This document shows positions 18,302-25,980 of a stretch of DNA of 64,000 nt, piece by piece. The stretch is from the NCBI GenBank assembly GCA_005223185.1, contig NJBN01000005.1, positions 29,091 through 93,090 of the forward strand. Reading direction: 5' to 3'. The notes under the pieces are model-generated. The model was not told where the DNA came from. It ran no database searches and saw only the letters and a list, made by a program, of their open reading frames with translations. Each line of letters begins with the position of its first letter. The first letter of the stretch is position 1. The DNA is from a candidate division LCP-89 bacterium B3_LCP. GTDB taxonomy: Bacteria; Electryoneota; B3-LCP. Made by a program: the position numbers and the translations under genes.

Positions 18302-20920
18302 TCACGATGGTTTTTCCAATTTCTTCTTCTGTTCGATAACCCACTGCAATGCTTCTAAGGGAGTTAATTGATCGGGATCAATCTTCTTTAAAGATTCTTC
18401 CACCTGAGATATTTCCCGGATAAACAGGTGGAGCTGGTTCTCTGATTCCGCTTCAGTTGAATCCGATCTTCTCCCGCGAATATTACGGCGCGAGGGCATC
18501 AGTTCTTTCTCTTCCAAGTCCGATAAGATTTCTTTGGCTCGCTCTATCACGTCCAGGGGCAGTCCAGCCAGTCTGGCTACCTGAATTCCATACGATGCGC
18601 CTGCCGATCCGGGAATGATCTTGCGCAGAAAGGAGATCTCATCACCCCATTGCTTAACCGCAACGTTCAAATTCTGAACTCCTTCAAAGAGCTGGGCTAA
18701 TTCGGTAAGTTCATGGTAATGCGTGGCAAAAAGGCTACGGGCTTGAAGTTTGGGATCGGTTTCCAGATGTTCCACTATCGCCCAGGCTAAAGATAAACCG
18801 TCAAAGGTGGAGGTGCCTCGACCTATTTCATCCAGGAGGATAAGGCTTTTGGGCGTAGCATTGTTCAAGATATTCGCCGCTTCATGCATTTCCATTAAAA
18901 AGGTGGATTCTCCGCCAGCTAGATTATCCTGCGCACCCACACGTGTGAAGATGCGGTCTACAATGCCAATCTGTGCGGATTTACAGGGGACAAAGCAGCC
19001 GGTTTGTGCCATCAGCACTATCAATCCGATCTGGCGAAGATATGTGGACTTGCCCGCCATATTGGGACCGGTAACTAAAAGGAAGCGGTTCTCGTTGCGG
19101 TCAATTTCAAGATCGTTGGGGACGAACTTTTCTCCCGGGGGCAGCAGTTTTTCCACAACTGGATGGCGCGAATCTGTAAGTATAATACTCTCGTCCTCGC
19201 CTACTTCCGGACGACTGAAGTCCTCCTGTGTTGCCACGATGGCGAAATTAACCAGAACGTCCAATACAGCTACAACACCGGCATCGATTTGGATATCACC
19301 GCTACGTTTGGTTACCCTCTGGCGCAAATCCTCAAAGATTTGAACTTCGATATTTTTTATCTTCTCTTCAGCGCCCAATACCCTGGATTCCATCTCCTTC
19401 AATTCGGGAGTAATGTATCTTTCGGCATTAATCAGCGTTTGTTTGCGGATGTATTCCGGGGGTACTTTATCCTGGTGGGTTTTAGTGACTTCGATATAAA
19501 AGCCGAAGACCTTATTAAAACCGATTTTCAGGGAAGGAATGCCGGTCCTGTTGCGCTCTTTTTCCTGCTGGGAGTGAATCCAACCTTTTCCAGAATGAGC
19601 GATTTCGTTCAGTTCATCCAGTTCAGAATTTACGCCATCCCGTATCAGTCCACCGTCACGGATGGAAATGGGTGGTGAATCCACCAGCGTTTCGGCAATG
19701 TCTTTGATAACTTCTGGTAGTAAAACCAGGCGGTGACGCAACTCTCCCAACAGACCATGATCATTTTGGGGAAGCAAATCTTGAAGAACTGGTAGTTTTT
19801 CCAGGGAATGCCGCAAAGCTTGAAGATCGCGGCCATTGGCGCGGTTCATGGAGATTCGCGCTACCGAACGTTCCAGGTCAGTAAGCTGGGATAACACCTT
19901 GGCTGTTTCTGTCCGCAAACCCCGATCGTTCACCATTAGTTCTACGGCATCAAGACGGCGGTTTATGTCATAGACGTCCACCAGGGGTCTCTCCAACCAG
20001 CGGCGCAGGAGACGTCTGCCCATGGGAGTAGAGGTCTGATCCAGTACACCCAAAAGTGTCGCATCGCGCCCTCCGGATACCGACATCGGTTCGGCCAGTT
20101 CCAGATTGCGGCGGGTGGGCGCATCTAGAATCATCCCCTCTTCCTGGCGCTCTATGTTAAGGGATTGTATATGAGTGAGGTCGCGCTTTTGGTGTTCCTG
20201 GAGGTAAAATAACGTGGCGCCGGCTGCGCTAACGGCTGAGACGCTGCCATCCAACCCGAAACCTTTCAGGGAGAGGACGTTAAAGTGCTTTTTTAGGATC
20301 TCTTCGGTATGATCGCCTGCGAAAATCCAGTCATCAAGGGACGTTATGATGGGATCTAAACCTGTTAGGGAGGATCCAAATGTCTGACCAGTGCTGGTTG
20401 GAAATATTATTTCAGCAGGACCGATAGCAATTAGACGATCATCAACACTTTCTTTAGGCAGAATGGATACGGTAAGTTCACCTGTGGTGATATCAGCCCA
20501 GGCTATAGCTACCTGGTCATCATCAGGCACCAGAGCAACCAAGAAACGATTATCCTGCGAGGAAAATGCGCCTTCAGTTAAGGCTGTACCGGCGCTGACG
20601 ACCTCAACCACTTCTCGCTTGACGACGCCTTTGGCAAGCTTAGGGTCTTCGACCTGTTCGCAGATAACAACCTGCTTACCCGCACTCACCATCTTGTCCA
20701 GGTATTGATCCAAAGCATGGTAGGGAAAACCTGCCAATGGTATCTTTTCATTGAGGTGTTCACCGCGAGTGGTCAGTGCGATTCCCAGCACATCATGGGC
20801 GATCTTGGCGTCACCAAAGAACATCTCGTAGAAATCCCCCATGCGGAAGAAGATGACCTTGTCAGGGTATTCCTTCTTCACGGCTAAATATTGGGACATT
20901 GCTGGTGTGGGTTTACGCAT
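18302..20920 (-). CDS. mutS: DNA mismatch repair protein MutS
   Basis: TPAMSQY, FFRMGDFYEMF, TGPNMAGKSTYLRQ, GESTF, DEIGRGTST, ATHYHEL. Start set at ATG 20920. Confidence 0.97.
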   Translation of the reverse strand: MRKPTPAMSQYLAVKKEYPDKVIFFRMGDFYEMFFGDAKIAHDVLGIALTTRGEHLNEKIPLAGFPYHALDQYLDKMVSAGKQVVICEQVEDPKLAKGVVKREVVEVVSAGTALTEGAFSSQDNRFLVALVPDDDQVAIAWADITTGELTVSILPKESVDDRLIAIGPAEIIFPTSTGQTFGSSLTGLDPIITSLDDWIFAGDHTEEILKKHFNVLSLKGFGLDGSVSAVSAAGATLFYLQEHQKRDLTHIQSLNIERQEEGMILDAPTRRNLELAEPMSVSGGRDATLLGVLDQTSTPMGRRLLRRWLERPLVDVYDINRRLDAVELMVNDRGLRTETAKVLSQLTDLERSVARISMNRANGRDLQALRHSLEKLPVLQDLLPQNDHGLLGELRHRLVLLPEVIKDIAETLVDSPPISIRDGGLIRDGVNSELDELNEIAHSGKGWIHSQQEKERNRTGIPSLKIGFNKVFGFYIEVTKTHQDKVPPEYIRKQTLINAERYITPELKEMESRVLGAEEKIKNIEVQIFEDLRQRVTKRSGDIQIDAGVVAVLDVLVNFAIVATQEDFSRPEVGEDESIILTDSRHPVVEKLLPPGEKFVPNDLEIDRNENRFLLVTGPNMAGKSTYLRQIGLIVLMAQTGCFVPCKSAQIGIVDRIFTRVGAQDNLAGGESTFLMEMHEAANILNNATPKSLILLDEIGRGTSTFDGLSLAWAIVEHLETDPKLQARSLFATHYHELTELAQLFEGVQNLNVAVKQWGDEISFLRKIIPGSAGASYGIQVARLAGLPLDVIERAKEILSDLEEKELMPSRRNIRGRRSDSTEAESENQLHLFIREISQVEESLKKIDPDQLTPLEALQWVIEQKKKLEKPS

Positions 20921-20973
20921 GGGGTAAAGTGAATATTTGGGATACGGATAGTGAGTTAATAGAGTATTAAAGA

Positions 20974-21002
20974 AATATAATAATAAAACCCGAATCGCGC
21001 AA
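20974..21002 (-). promoter_or_regulatory. Putative sigma70 promoter for mutS
   Basis: Minus strand TTGCGC-N17-TATATT. Confidence 0.55.
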
Positions 21003-21024
21003 GGCAATTTCGGGTATTGACTCG

Positions 21025-21057
21025 AAAAAAAACAGCGCCAAAGGCGCTGTTTTTTTT
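21025..21057. terminator. Intrinsic terminator ending the flagellar cluster (bidirectional form)
   Basis: AAAAAAAACAGCGCC-AAA-GGCGCTGTTTTTTTT: perfect stem flanked by A and T runs, just after the flgM stop. Confidence 0.9.
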
Positions 21058-21071
21058 AAATCATCAGCCCA

Positions 21072-21542
21072 TCAAGGCTTATCTTTCAGTATATTCTCGG
21101 CGGTCTTTTCCAAAACTTCAGGTTTATCGTAATATCCTGATGCGACGCGGCGCTTAGCGTTCTGCACCTTCTCCCCATTAGTATCATCCTGATCGGCGCT
21201 CTTCAGATTGGCATTTATCACTTCAGACCGCTCTTGCAGAATTTTCCCGGCAGTCTTTGCCAATACTTCCGGATCGTCATAGAATCCTTCCTGCAAGCGG
21301 CGGCGTGCTTGTTCAACGCGTTCGGATCGTACATCGGGGAGTTCTTCTAAGAGAAGCCGGGCATTTTCCGCCAGGCGGACGTTCTCCTGCCGTTTCTCAT
21401 CAACGTGGACTGTATCTTTGGAAGATGCTTCCGTTGTAGTTTTATCCGGTGAAACCTCTTCCTTGGGTTTAACAGGCGTCTGCTGGCCGCGGCTCACTTT
21501 CCCTATAGCGGAATCCGGGGCTATTTTGGGGATATTCGTCAT
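21072..21542 (-). CDS. flgM: FlgM-like anti-sigma28 factor with a duplicated C-terminal domain
   Basis: Low-complexity N-terminus, DTVHV, LPDVRSERVEQARRRLQEGFY (FlgM-type), followed by a second copy; lies after fliS. Start set at ATG 21542 behind an AGGA SD. Confidence 0.72.
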   Translation of the reverse strand: MTNIPKIAPDSAIGKVSRGQQTPVKPKEEVSPDKTTTEASSKDTVHVDEKRQENVRLAENARLLLEELPDVRSERVEQARRRLQEGFYDDPEVLAKTAGKILQERSEVINANLKSADQDDTNGEKVQNAKRRVASGYYDKPEVLEKTAENILKDKP

Positions 21543-21575
21543 AGTTGGTCCTACCAAATACTATATCCTAATTTA

Positions 21576-21604
21576 AATATAACCAAATTAATGTCATTAT
21601 GCAA
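21576..21604 (-). promoter_or_regulatory. Putative sigma70 promoter for flgM
   Basis: Minus strand TTGCAT-N17-TATATT in the AT-rich fliS-flgM gap. Confidence 0.55.
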
Positions 21605-21611
21605 GCGATTT

Positions 21612-22010
21612 TTAATCTACTGGGACGGTTTCTTTTTCGAAGATTTCAACCCAGGTATCGCGCATATCCGTAAGCACGGTTATCACGCTATTTAAAACTT
21701 CAGTATCATTATTCAAGTTTGCCAGAGTTAACTGATGCCCTAAGAACGCGTACAATTTGTTTAACGCTTCCGCCACATCTTTACCTCTTTCCATATCCAG
21801 GGATTTGCGCAGTTCTGCTATAGCATCATAGGCTTTCTGAATGGCAATTCCCTTGTACTGAACGTTACCAGAAGATATGGCAGTACACGCTTCCCGGCAA
21901 AACCTGGTAGCCGCATCGTACACCATCAGGATAAGTTTCTTCTGGTCTGCGGTCTCGATTTGCACCTGATTGTAGGCTTCGTACGGGTTAAAATAGCTCA
22001 TCTGATTCAC
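21612..22010 (-). CDS. fliS: Flagellin export chaperone FliS
   Basis: EAYNQVQIETADQKKLILMVYDAA, LDMERG..VAEALNKLY; follows fliD. Confidence 0.95.
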   Translation of the reverse strand: MNQMSYFNPYEAYNQVQIETADQKKLILMVYDAATRFCREACTAISSGNVQYKGIAIQKAYDAIAELRKSLDMERGKDVAEALNKLYAFLGHQLTLANLNNDTEVLNSVITVLTDMRDTWVEIFEKETVPVD

Positions 22011-22027
22011 CTTTTAAGTACGATTAT

Positions 22028-23701
22028 CTATAGTCCGGATATCATTGCTGAAACAAAGTTACCCTGTGTCTGGAGCTGCCCCATAAGGAGCTCCATCTGC
22101 AGGAAGTCCGCTTCCAGTTGTCCTTGTTTAATCAAGAGTCTATCTTCCCAGCGCGCAATCTGCTTGTCCAGATTTTCCATGGCATCCTGGATGCCCTCTG
22201 TGGCATTATGAATTGTTCCATCAACTGGATCTGTCAGGAAGGAGGTTCTATTGGCAATCTGCACCGAAGTACCGGTCCCTATGTTAATGTCCGCAGTTGT
22301 CTGCCCTGCGCCCCCACCGGGGTCAGTGAATTTGATGCGCAAACCCTCTTCCGGCTGACCATCCGCACCGATGATGTAGCTGCCATCAATTGTCGCCTCG
22401 TTTCCGTTAATCGTTGCGCTGGTGAGTTCTCCGCTGGCATCATAATTAGCCACGACTGTATATGTACCACCTGCAGTTTCTTCTTCACTGAGGAAATATG
22501 TCAGATTATTACTGGTTGAAGAAGACGTAAATCCAAACAGATTACCCACCGCTTCGAAATCCGCTTCCAGGGCATCGGTCAGTTTGCTATCATCAACTTG
22601 CAAAAGACCACTGGAGCCGAACTCCACTCCAACTTCAGCCACACTCTGGTAAACATTTGAATCAGCTAATCCAGGAATTACGGAAGCTATAATTGCCTGG
22701 AGATCACTTTTGATCCCGATCACTGAGGCATCTCCGAAGAGCGGACCTGCGGTGCCTTCGGGCTGTGTAATAGTACTTGTGGAAGAAGAGCTGGTGCTTT
22801 CTTCGTCTGCTTCATATTTTGTATAAAGATTTACTAAGGCGATTACCTCATTGTAAGCGGTGACGAAATCGTCTATTTTCTCCTTAGCTGCATCTAAGTC
22901 TTCAGTAATGGTAATATTGATGGTCGATCCTGCGTTAGTACTTTTCAGGTTAAGCGTAACTCCGGATATAACATCGGTAACCTCATTGGAGGAACTCTGG
23001 AGCCATTCGCCCGGAAGAATAGGATAACCATTCACCTTGAATTGGGCGTCAGAAGCATTCTGTGAATTATCGTAGTTATTGGTAAAATTATCCAGGTTCG
23101 AGCTGGCTTCCACAACAATTGTATTATCTTCGCCAGTAGCACCCGTTAAAACGAGATGGTAAGCAGTTGAGGTACTGCTGCCATCATTTAATATGGTGGC
23201 GGTTACTTCTTCGTTGTTAACATCATTGTTAATAGCTTGAGCCAGTTCAGCTAAAGTGCTGCCGGCTGACACTGTTACATCATAGGTATCACCTGCGTAG
23301 GTATAGGTAAATGTCGCTTCTCCGGGTCCATTATGAACCGCGGTGGTATTTTCGTCATCGAATCCTTCGTGAATAACTATATCACTTTGAGCCAGACTGT
23401 TGATCTCTAAAGAGTAACTGCCAGCGGCAGCGGCGGAATCTGCTGTAGCTGTGGCTATGTCAGTGTCGGTTGAACTGGCTGCTTTAGAGAGAATTTCATC
23501 TAACTCATCCATGTCTTCCATCGCTGACTTAAGAGCTAAAAGTTTGGTATTAATGGCGTTCCAGGCATCTAATTTTTCCTGGTAAGTATCCTTCTTCTGT
23601 TCAAGCTGAACCATGGGCAGACTTTCGATTTGCATCATCAGGGCGACAGTTTCCTGCCAGTCTATACCTGATGAAAGTCCTGTAATCTGGGCAGTTGGCA
23701 T
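22028..23701 (-). CDS. fliD: Flagellar filament cap protein FliD
   Basis: GLSSGIDWQETV..., INSLAQ, NEVTDVISGVTLNLK, FVTAYN, C-terminal coiled coil. Start set at ATG 23701 behind a GAGGA SD. Confidence 0.95.
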   Translation of the reverse strand: MPTAQITGLSSGIDWQETVALMMQIESLPMVQLEQKKDTYQEKLDAWNAINTKLLALKSAMEDMDELDEILSKAASSTDTDIATATADSAAAAGSYSLEINSLAQSDIVIHEGFDDENTTAVHNGPGEATFTYTYAGDTYDVTVSAGSTLAELAQAINNDVNNEEVTATILNDGSSTSTAYHLVLTGATGEDNTIVVEASSNLDNFTNNYDNSQNASDAQFKVNGYPILPGEWLQSSSNEVTDVISGVTLNLKSTNAGSTINITITEDLDAAKEKIDDFVTAYNEVIALVNLYTKYEADEESTSSSSTSTITQPEGTAGPLFGDASVIGIKSDLQAIIASVIPGLADSNVYQSVAEVGVEFGSSGLLQVDDSKLTDALEADFEAVGNLFGFTSSSTSNNLTYFLSEEETAGGTYTVVANYDASGELTSATINGNEATIDGSYIIGADGQPEEGLRIKFTDPGGGAGQTTADINIGTGTSVQIANRTSFLTDPVDGTIHNATEGIQDAMENLDKQIARWEDRLLIKQGQLEADFLQMELLMGQLQTQGNFVSAMISGL

Positions 23702-23724
23702 TTTTCTTTCCTCGTGCAAATGTC

Positions 23725-23760
23725 AGGGGTTGGGGATCCCCACTCATATAGGGACCCCCT
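23725..23760. other. GC-rich hairpin/palindrome between fliC and fliD
   Basis: AGGGGTTGGGGATCCCCACTCATATAGGGACCCCCT contains the perfect 12-bp palindrome TGGGGATCCCCA and an alternative stem GGGGaTCCC/GGGACCCC. No U-tract follows on the sense strand. Confidence 0.55.
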
Positions 23761-23853
23761 TTCTATTAACTGGTTTCCTTATTGTTTAGGAAACTTAAAA
23801 TGGACTCTACCTAAAGGAGTTGCGTTATTGGTTGATTTTCTTGTTACTGTTCA

Positions 23854-24687
23854 TTACCCAACCAGACTAGCCACCATCTGCGGCACCATATTAGCCTGCG
23901 CTAACATGGAGATACCGGTCTGCATCAGGATTTGCGACTTGACGAAGTTGGACATTTCTGCAGCGATGTCGGCATCCCGGATCATGGACTCGGAAGCTGT
24001 CGCGTTTTCGCGAGCGGTCATGAGTTCCGAAATGGTTCCCTGCAGACGTTCAACATAGGCGCCAAGCCTGGTTCTTTCAGTGTCCTTGGAATCGATGGCA
24101 GTATCAATGGAACTGATGGCGTTCTGGGCACTTGTAGTGCCAGTTATGGCCAACCCACTGATGCCTAATGCTGACGCTGTCATCGCGTTGAAGGTCACGT
24201 GATAGTAATCTTCATTCTGGACATTATGCGTGCCAATATGGAACTTTACACCCGTACTTGAATAGCTGCCATCCAGCAGATAGAGACCGTTATAATTGGT
24301 CACATTGGCGATACGGGTTACTTCTGAAAGAAGCTGTTGGAATTCCACATCGATCGCCGATCTATCCGAAGAAGTCAGCGTCCCATTTGATGCTTGAATA
24401 GCGAGAGCCCGCATACGTACAAGCGTTTCATCCAGAACTGACAATGCACCTTCAGCAGTTTGGATCATGTTTATGCTTGCATTGGCATTTCTTTCCGCTT
24501 CATCCATCGAGGCGATCTGCGCTCTGAAGCGTTCCGAAATAGCCAATCCCGCGGGATCATCCCATGCGTGATTGATCCTCAAGCCCGTTGATAACCGCTG
24601 TACAGCCCGATCCATTTGATTCTGGGTGTTCCAAATACTCCGCTGTGCGGTCATCGACAGGATGTTGTGATTGATGCGTGTACTCAT
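23854..24687 (-). CDS. fliC: Flagellin (minimal, D0-D1 only, 277 aa)
   Basis: RINHNI, RLSTGLRIN..DDPAGLAISE, IQTAEGAL, ESMIRDADIAAEM, MLAQAN. Confidence 0.97.
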   Translation of the reverse strand: MSTRINHNILSMTAQRSIWNTQNQMDRAVQRLSTGLRINHAWDDPAGLAISERFRAQIASMDEAERNANASINMIQTAEGALSVLDETLVRMRALAIQASNGTLTSSDRSAIDVEFQQLLSEVTRIANVTNYNGLYLLDGSYSSTGVKFHIGTHNVQNEDYYHVTFNAMTASALGISGLAITGTTSAQNAISSIDTAIDSKDTERTRLGAYVERLQGTISELMTARENATASESMIRDADIAAEMSNFVKSQILMQTGISMLAQANMVPQMVASLVG

Positions 24688-24727
24688 CCTTTAGTCCTCC
24701 TTGTCCTTTTAGGTTTTAGAGTCCACC
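24687..24727 (-). promoter_or_regulatory. Cluster of GGA motifs in the fliC leader (candidate CsrA/RsmA sites)
   Basis: Five GGA triplets in about 40 nt (AGGGGTGGACTCT...AAGGACAAGGAGGACTAAAGGATG), three of them ANGGA; one overlaps the SD and one the start codon. Confidence 0.45.
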
Positions 24728-24739
24728 CCTGCACCAACT

Positions 24740-24767
24740 ATATCGGCTATGAGGTGGTCAACCTTGA
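24740..24767 (-). promoter_or_regulatory. Sigma28 (FliA) promoter of flagellin
   Basis: Minus strand TCAAG-N15-GCCGATAT, about 50 nt upstream of the fliC ATG. Confidence 0.85.
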
Positions 24768-24804
24768 GAAAAGGGGCTAAAGGCACCCAAAAACGTAGCT
24801 CTTT

Positions 24805-25242
24805 TTACCCAAACCGGTTGAAAAAACGGGAATCCTGCGAATAGGGACGCCTGTAAAGATGTAAAGCTTTACGTCCTTTTTGCAGACCACCAATATCTTT
24901 CTTCAACAGAGCGACTTTTTGTCTAACCTCTGCAACGAGCTGCTCATTTTCTGACTGGAGGTCCTCTAACACCCAGCGGATCTTTCTTCTTTCATGGTGT
25001 TGCCAGGCTTCGGATTTTTCATTTTTTAAGGTTTTTATGACCTTCGATAATCCGGTCAACAGTTCATCGCGCCGGGCGACCTCTTCAGCGGCTTTTTCCC
25101 ATTCACCAGCATCGATTAACTCTTTTATGCGGTCTGTGACTACAGGAAGCTCTCCTAAGAGTTCAACACTATGTCGCAATTTGGGTGACAGAGGTAATCT
25201 ACTTTCCAGTTCTTCCTCTGTTTGTACGTTTACATCAATCAT
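24805..25242 (-). CDS. FliT-like flagellar chaperone
   Basis: 145 aa, all-helical; GEWEKAAEEVARRDELL and C-terminal LHLY...RFFN resemble FliT-type proteins; lies beside fliC/fliD/fliS. Confidence 0.55.
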   Translation of the reverse strand: MIDVNVQTEEELESRLPLSPKLRHSVELLGELPVVTDRIKELIDAGEWEKAAEEVARRDELLTGLSKVIKTLKNEKSEAWQHHERRKIRWVLEDLQSENEQLVAEVRQKVALLKKDIGGLQKGRKALHLYRRPYSQDSRFFNRFG

Positions 25243-25255
25243 GCTAACGTTACCT

Positions 25256-25945
25256 TTAGCTTACAATAGCCTCCGGATTATCCTGCAGGTCCGGCATATT
25301 TTCAGCGTCTTGATCGGACGAAGTCTTCTCTAAGATGCAAAATATCACTTCCCGCCAATCCTGCAGTGCGGGTATTAACTCGTATTCCAACATGTCAGCC
25401 AGCAGCACCCAATCCTGATCGGTCTGTACTTCCAAGATGTTGTCCAGCATCCCAAAAAGGATACGTCGGCTTTCGGCTACAGTCTGTTCATCCTCTCCTT
25501 CAGCTTGAGGAAGGTGCATTAGTTCGAAGCTGATTCCCAGCATTCTACGGCACGATTCCAACGAATGCATGAAGACCTGAATGCCATCTATACACTTCAA
25601 GAATGCCTGGGTAGAACGTTCCATGTTGCCCAGGCGGAATAGTTCTGAAGTACCTTGCAATTCCTGCAGTAGCTGTTGGTGGAAATCCGCTACGCTGTAA
25701 AGCGTCGATCGAGCCAGCGCTTTGGCATCTCCGGTTTGAACTTCCAGAAGTTCGATATCTCCAAGCGGCAACTCTTCCAGGTGCGATTTGTCCTTCCCGG
25801 TGATATCTTCGCCATTCAATTTGACCTCTAACACGCTATCCCCCTGGTCTGCCGCTCGCTCAGAGAGGGTATTCATGAGTTGACCAAAGCTGTCGATCCC
25901 TTCCGTGGGAAAATCTTCGGATTGATTATTGAGGCTTATCTGCAT
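25256..25945 (-). CDS. Hypothetical protein: ThiS-like N-terminus plus helical bundle, in the flagellar glycosylation island
   Basis: 229 aa, acidic; N-terminal MQISLNNQ...LEVKLNGEDI; C-terminal DWVLLADMLEYELIPAL. Confidence 0.6.
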   Translation of the reverse strand: MQISLNNQSEDFPTEGIDSFGQLMNTLSERAADQGDSVLEVKLNGEDITGKDKSHLEELPLGDIELLEVQTGDAKALARSTLYSVADFHQQLLQELQGTSELFRLGNMERSTQAFLKCIDGIQVFMHSLESCRRMLGISFELMHLPQAEGEDEQTVAESRRILFGMLDNILEVQTDQDWVLLADMLEYELIPALQDWREVIFCILEKTSSDQDAENMPDLQDNPEAIVS

Positions 25946-25980
25946 AGTTCCCCCTGTTGTTTTATATCAAATATTTTTAT

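Noticed and set aside
18750-19678. Long plus-strand ORFs (197 and 171 aa) opposite mutS, and the many other plus-strand or alternate-frame ORFs in the track (e.g. 16025-16561, 171-452)
   Set aside because: They lie wholly within well-supported genes, show no recognisable motifs or SD sequences, and read like shadow frames.
22785-22815. Ser/Thr run in FliD (ESTSSSSTST) as a tandem repeat or phase-variable tract
   Set aside because: Codons are mixed and there is no perfect nucleotide repeat; at most a possible glycosylation patch.
23702-23853. Possible c-di-GMP riboswitch or tRNA in the structured fliC-fliD gap
   Set aside because: Lacks the GEMM motif signature and a tRNA cloverleaf or T-loop; recorded only as hairpins.
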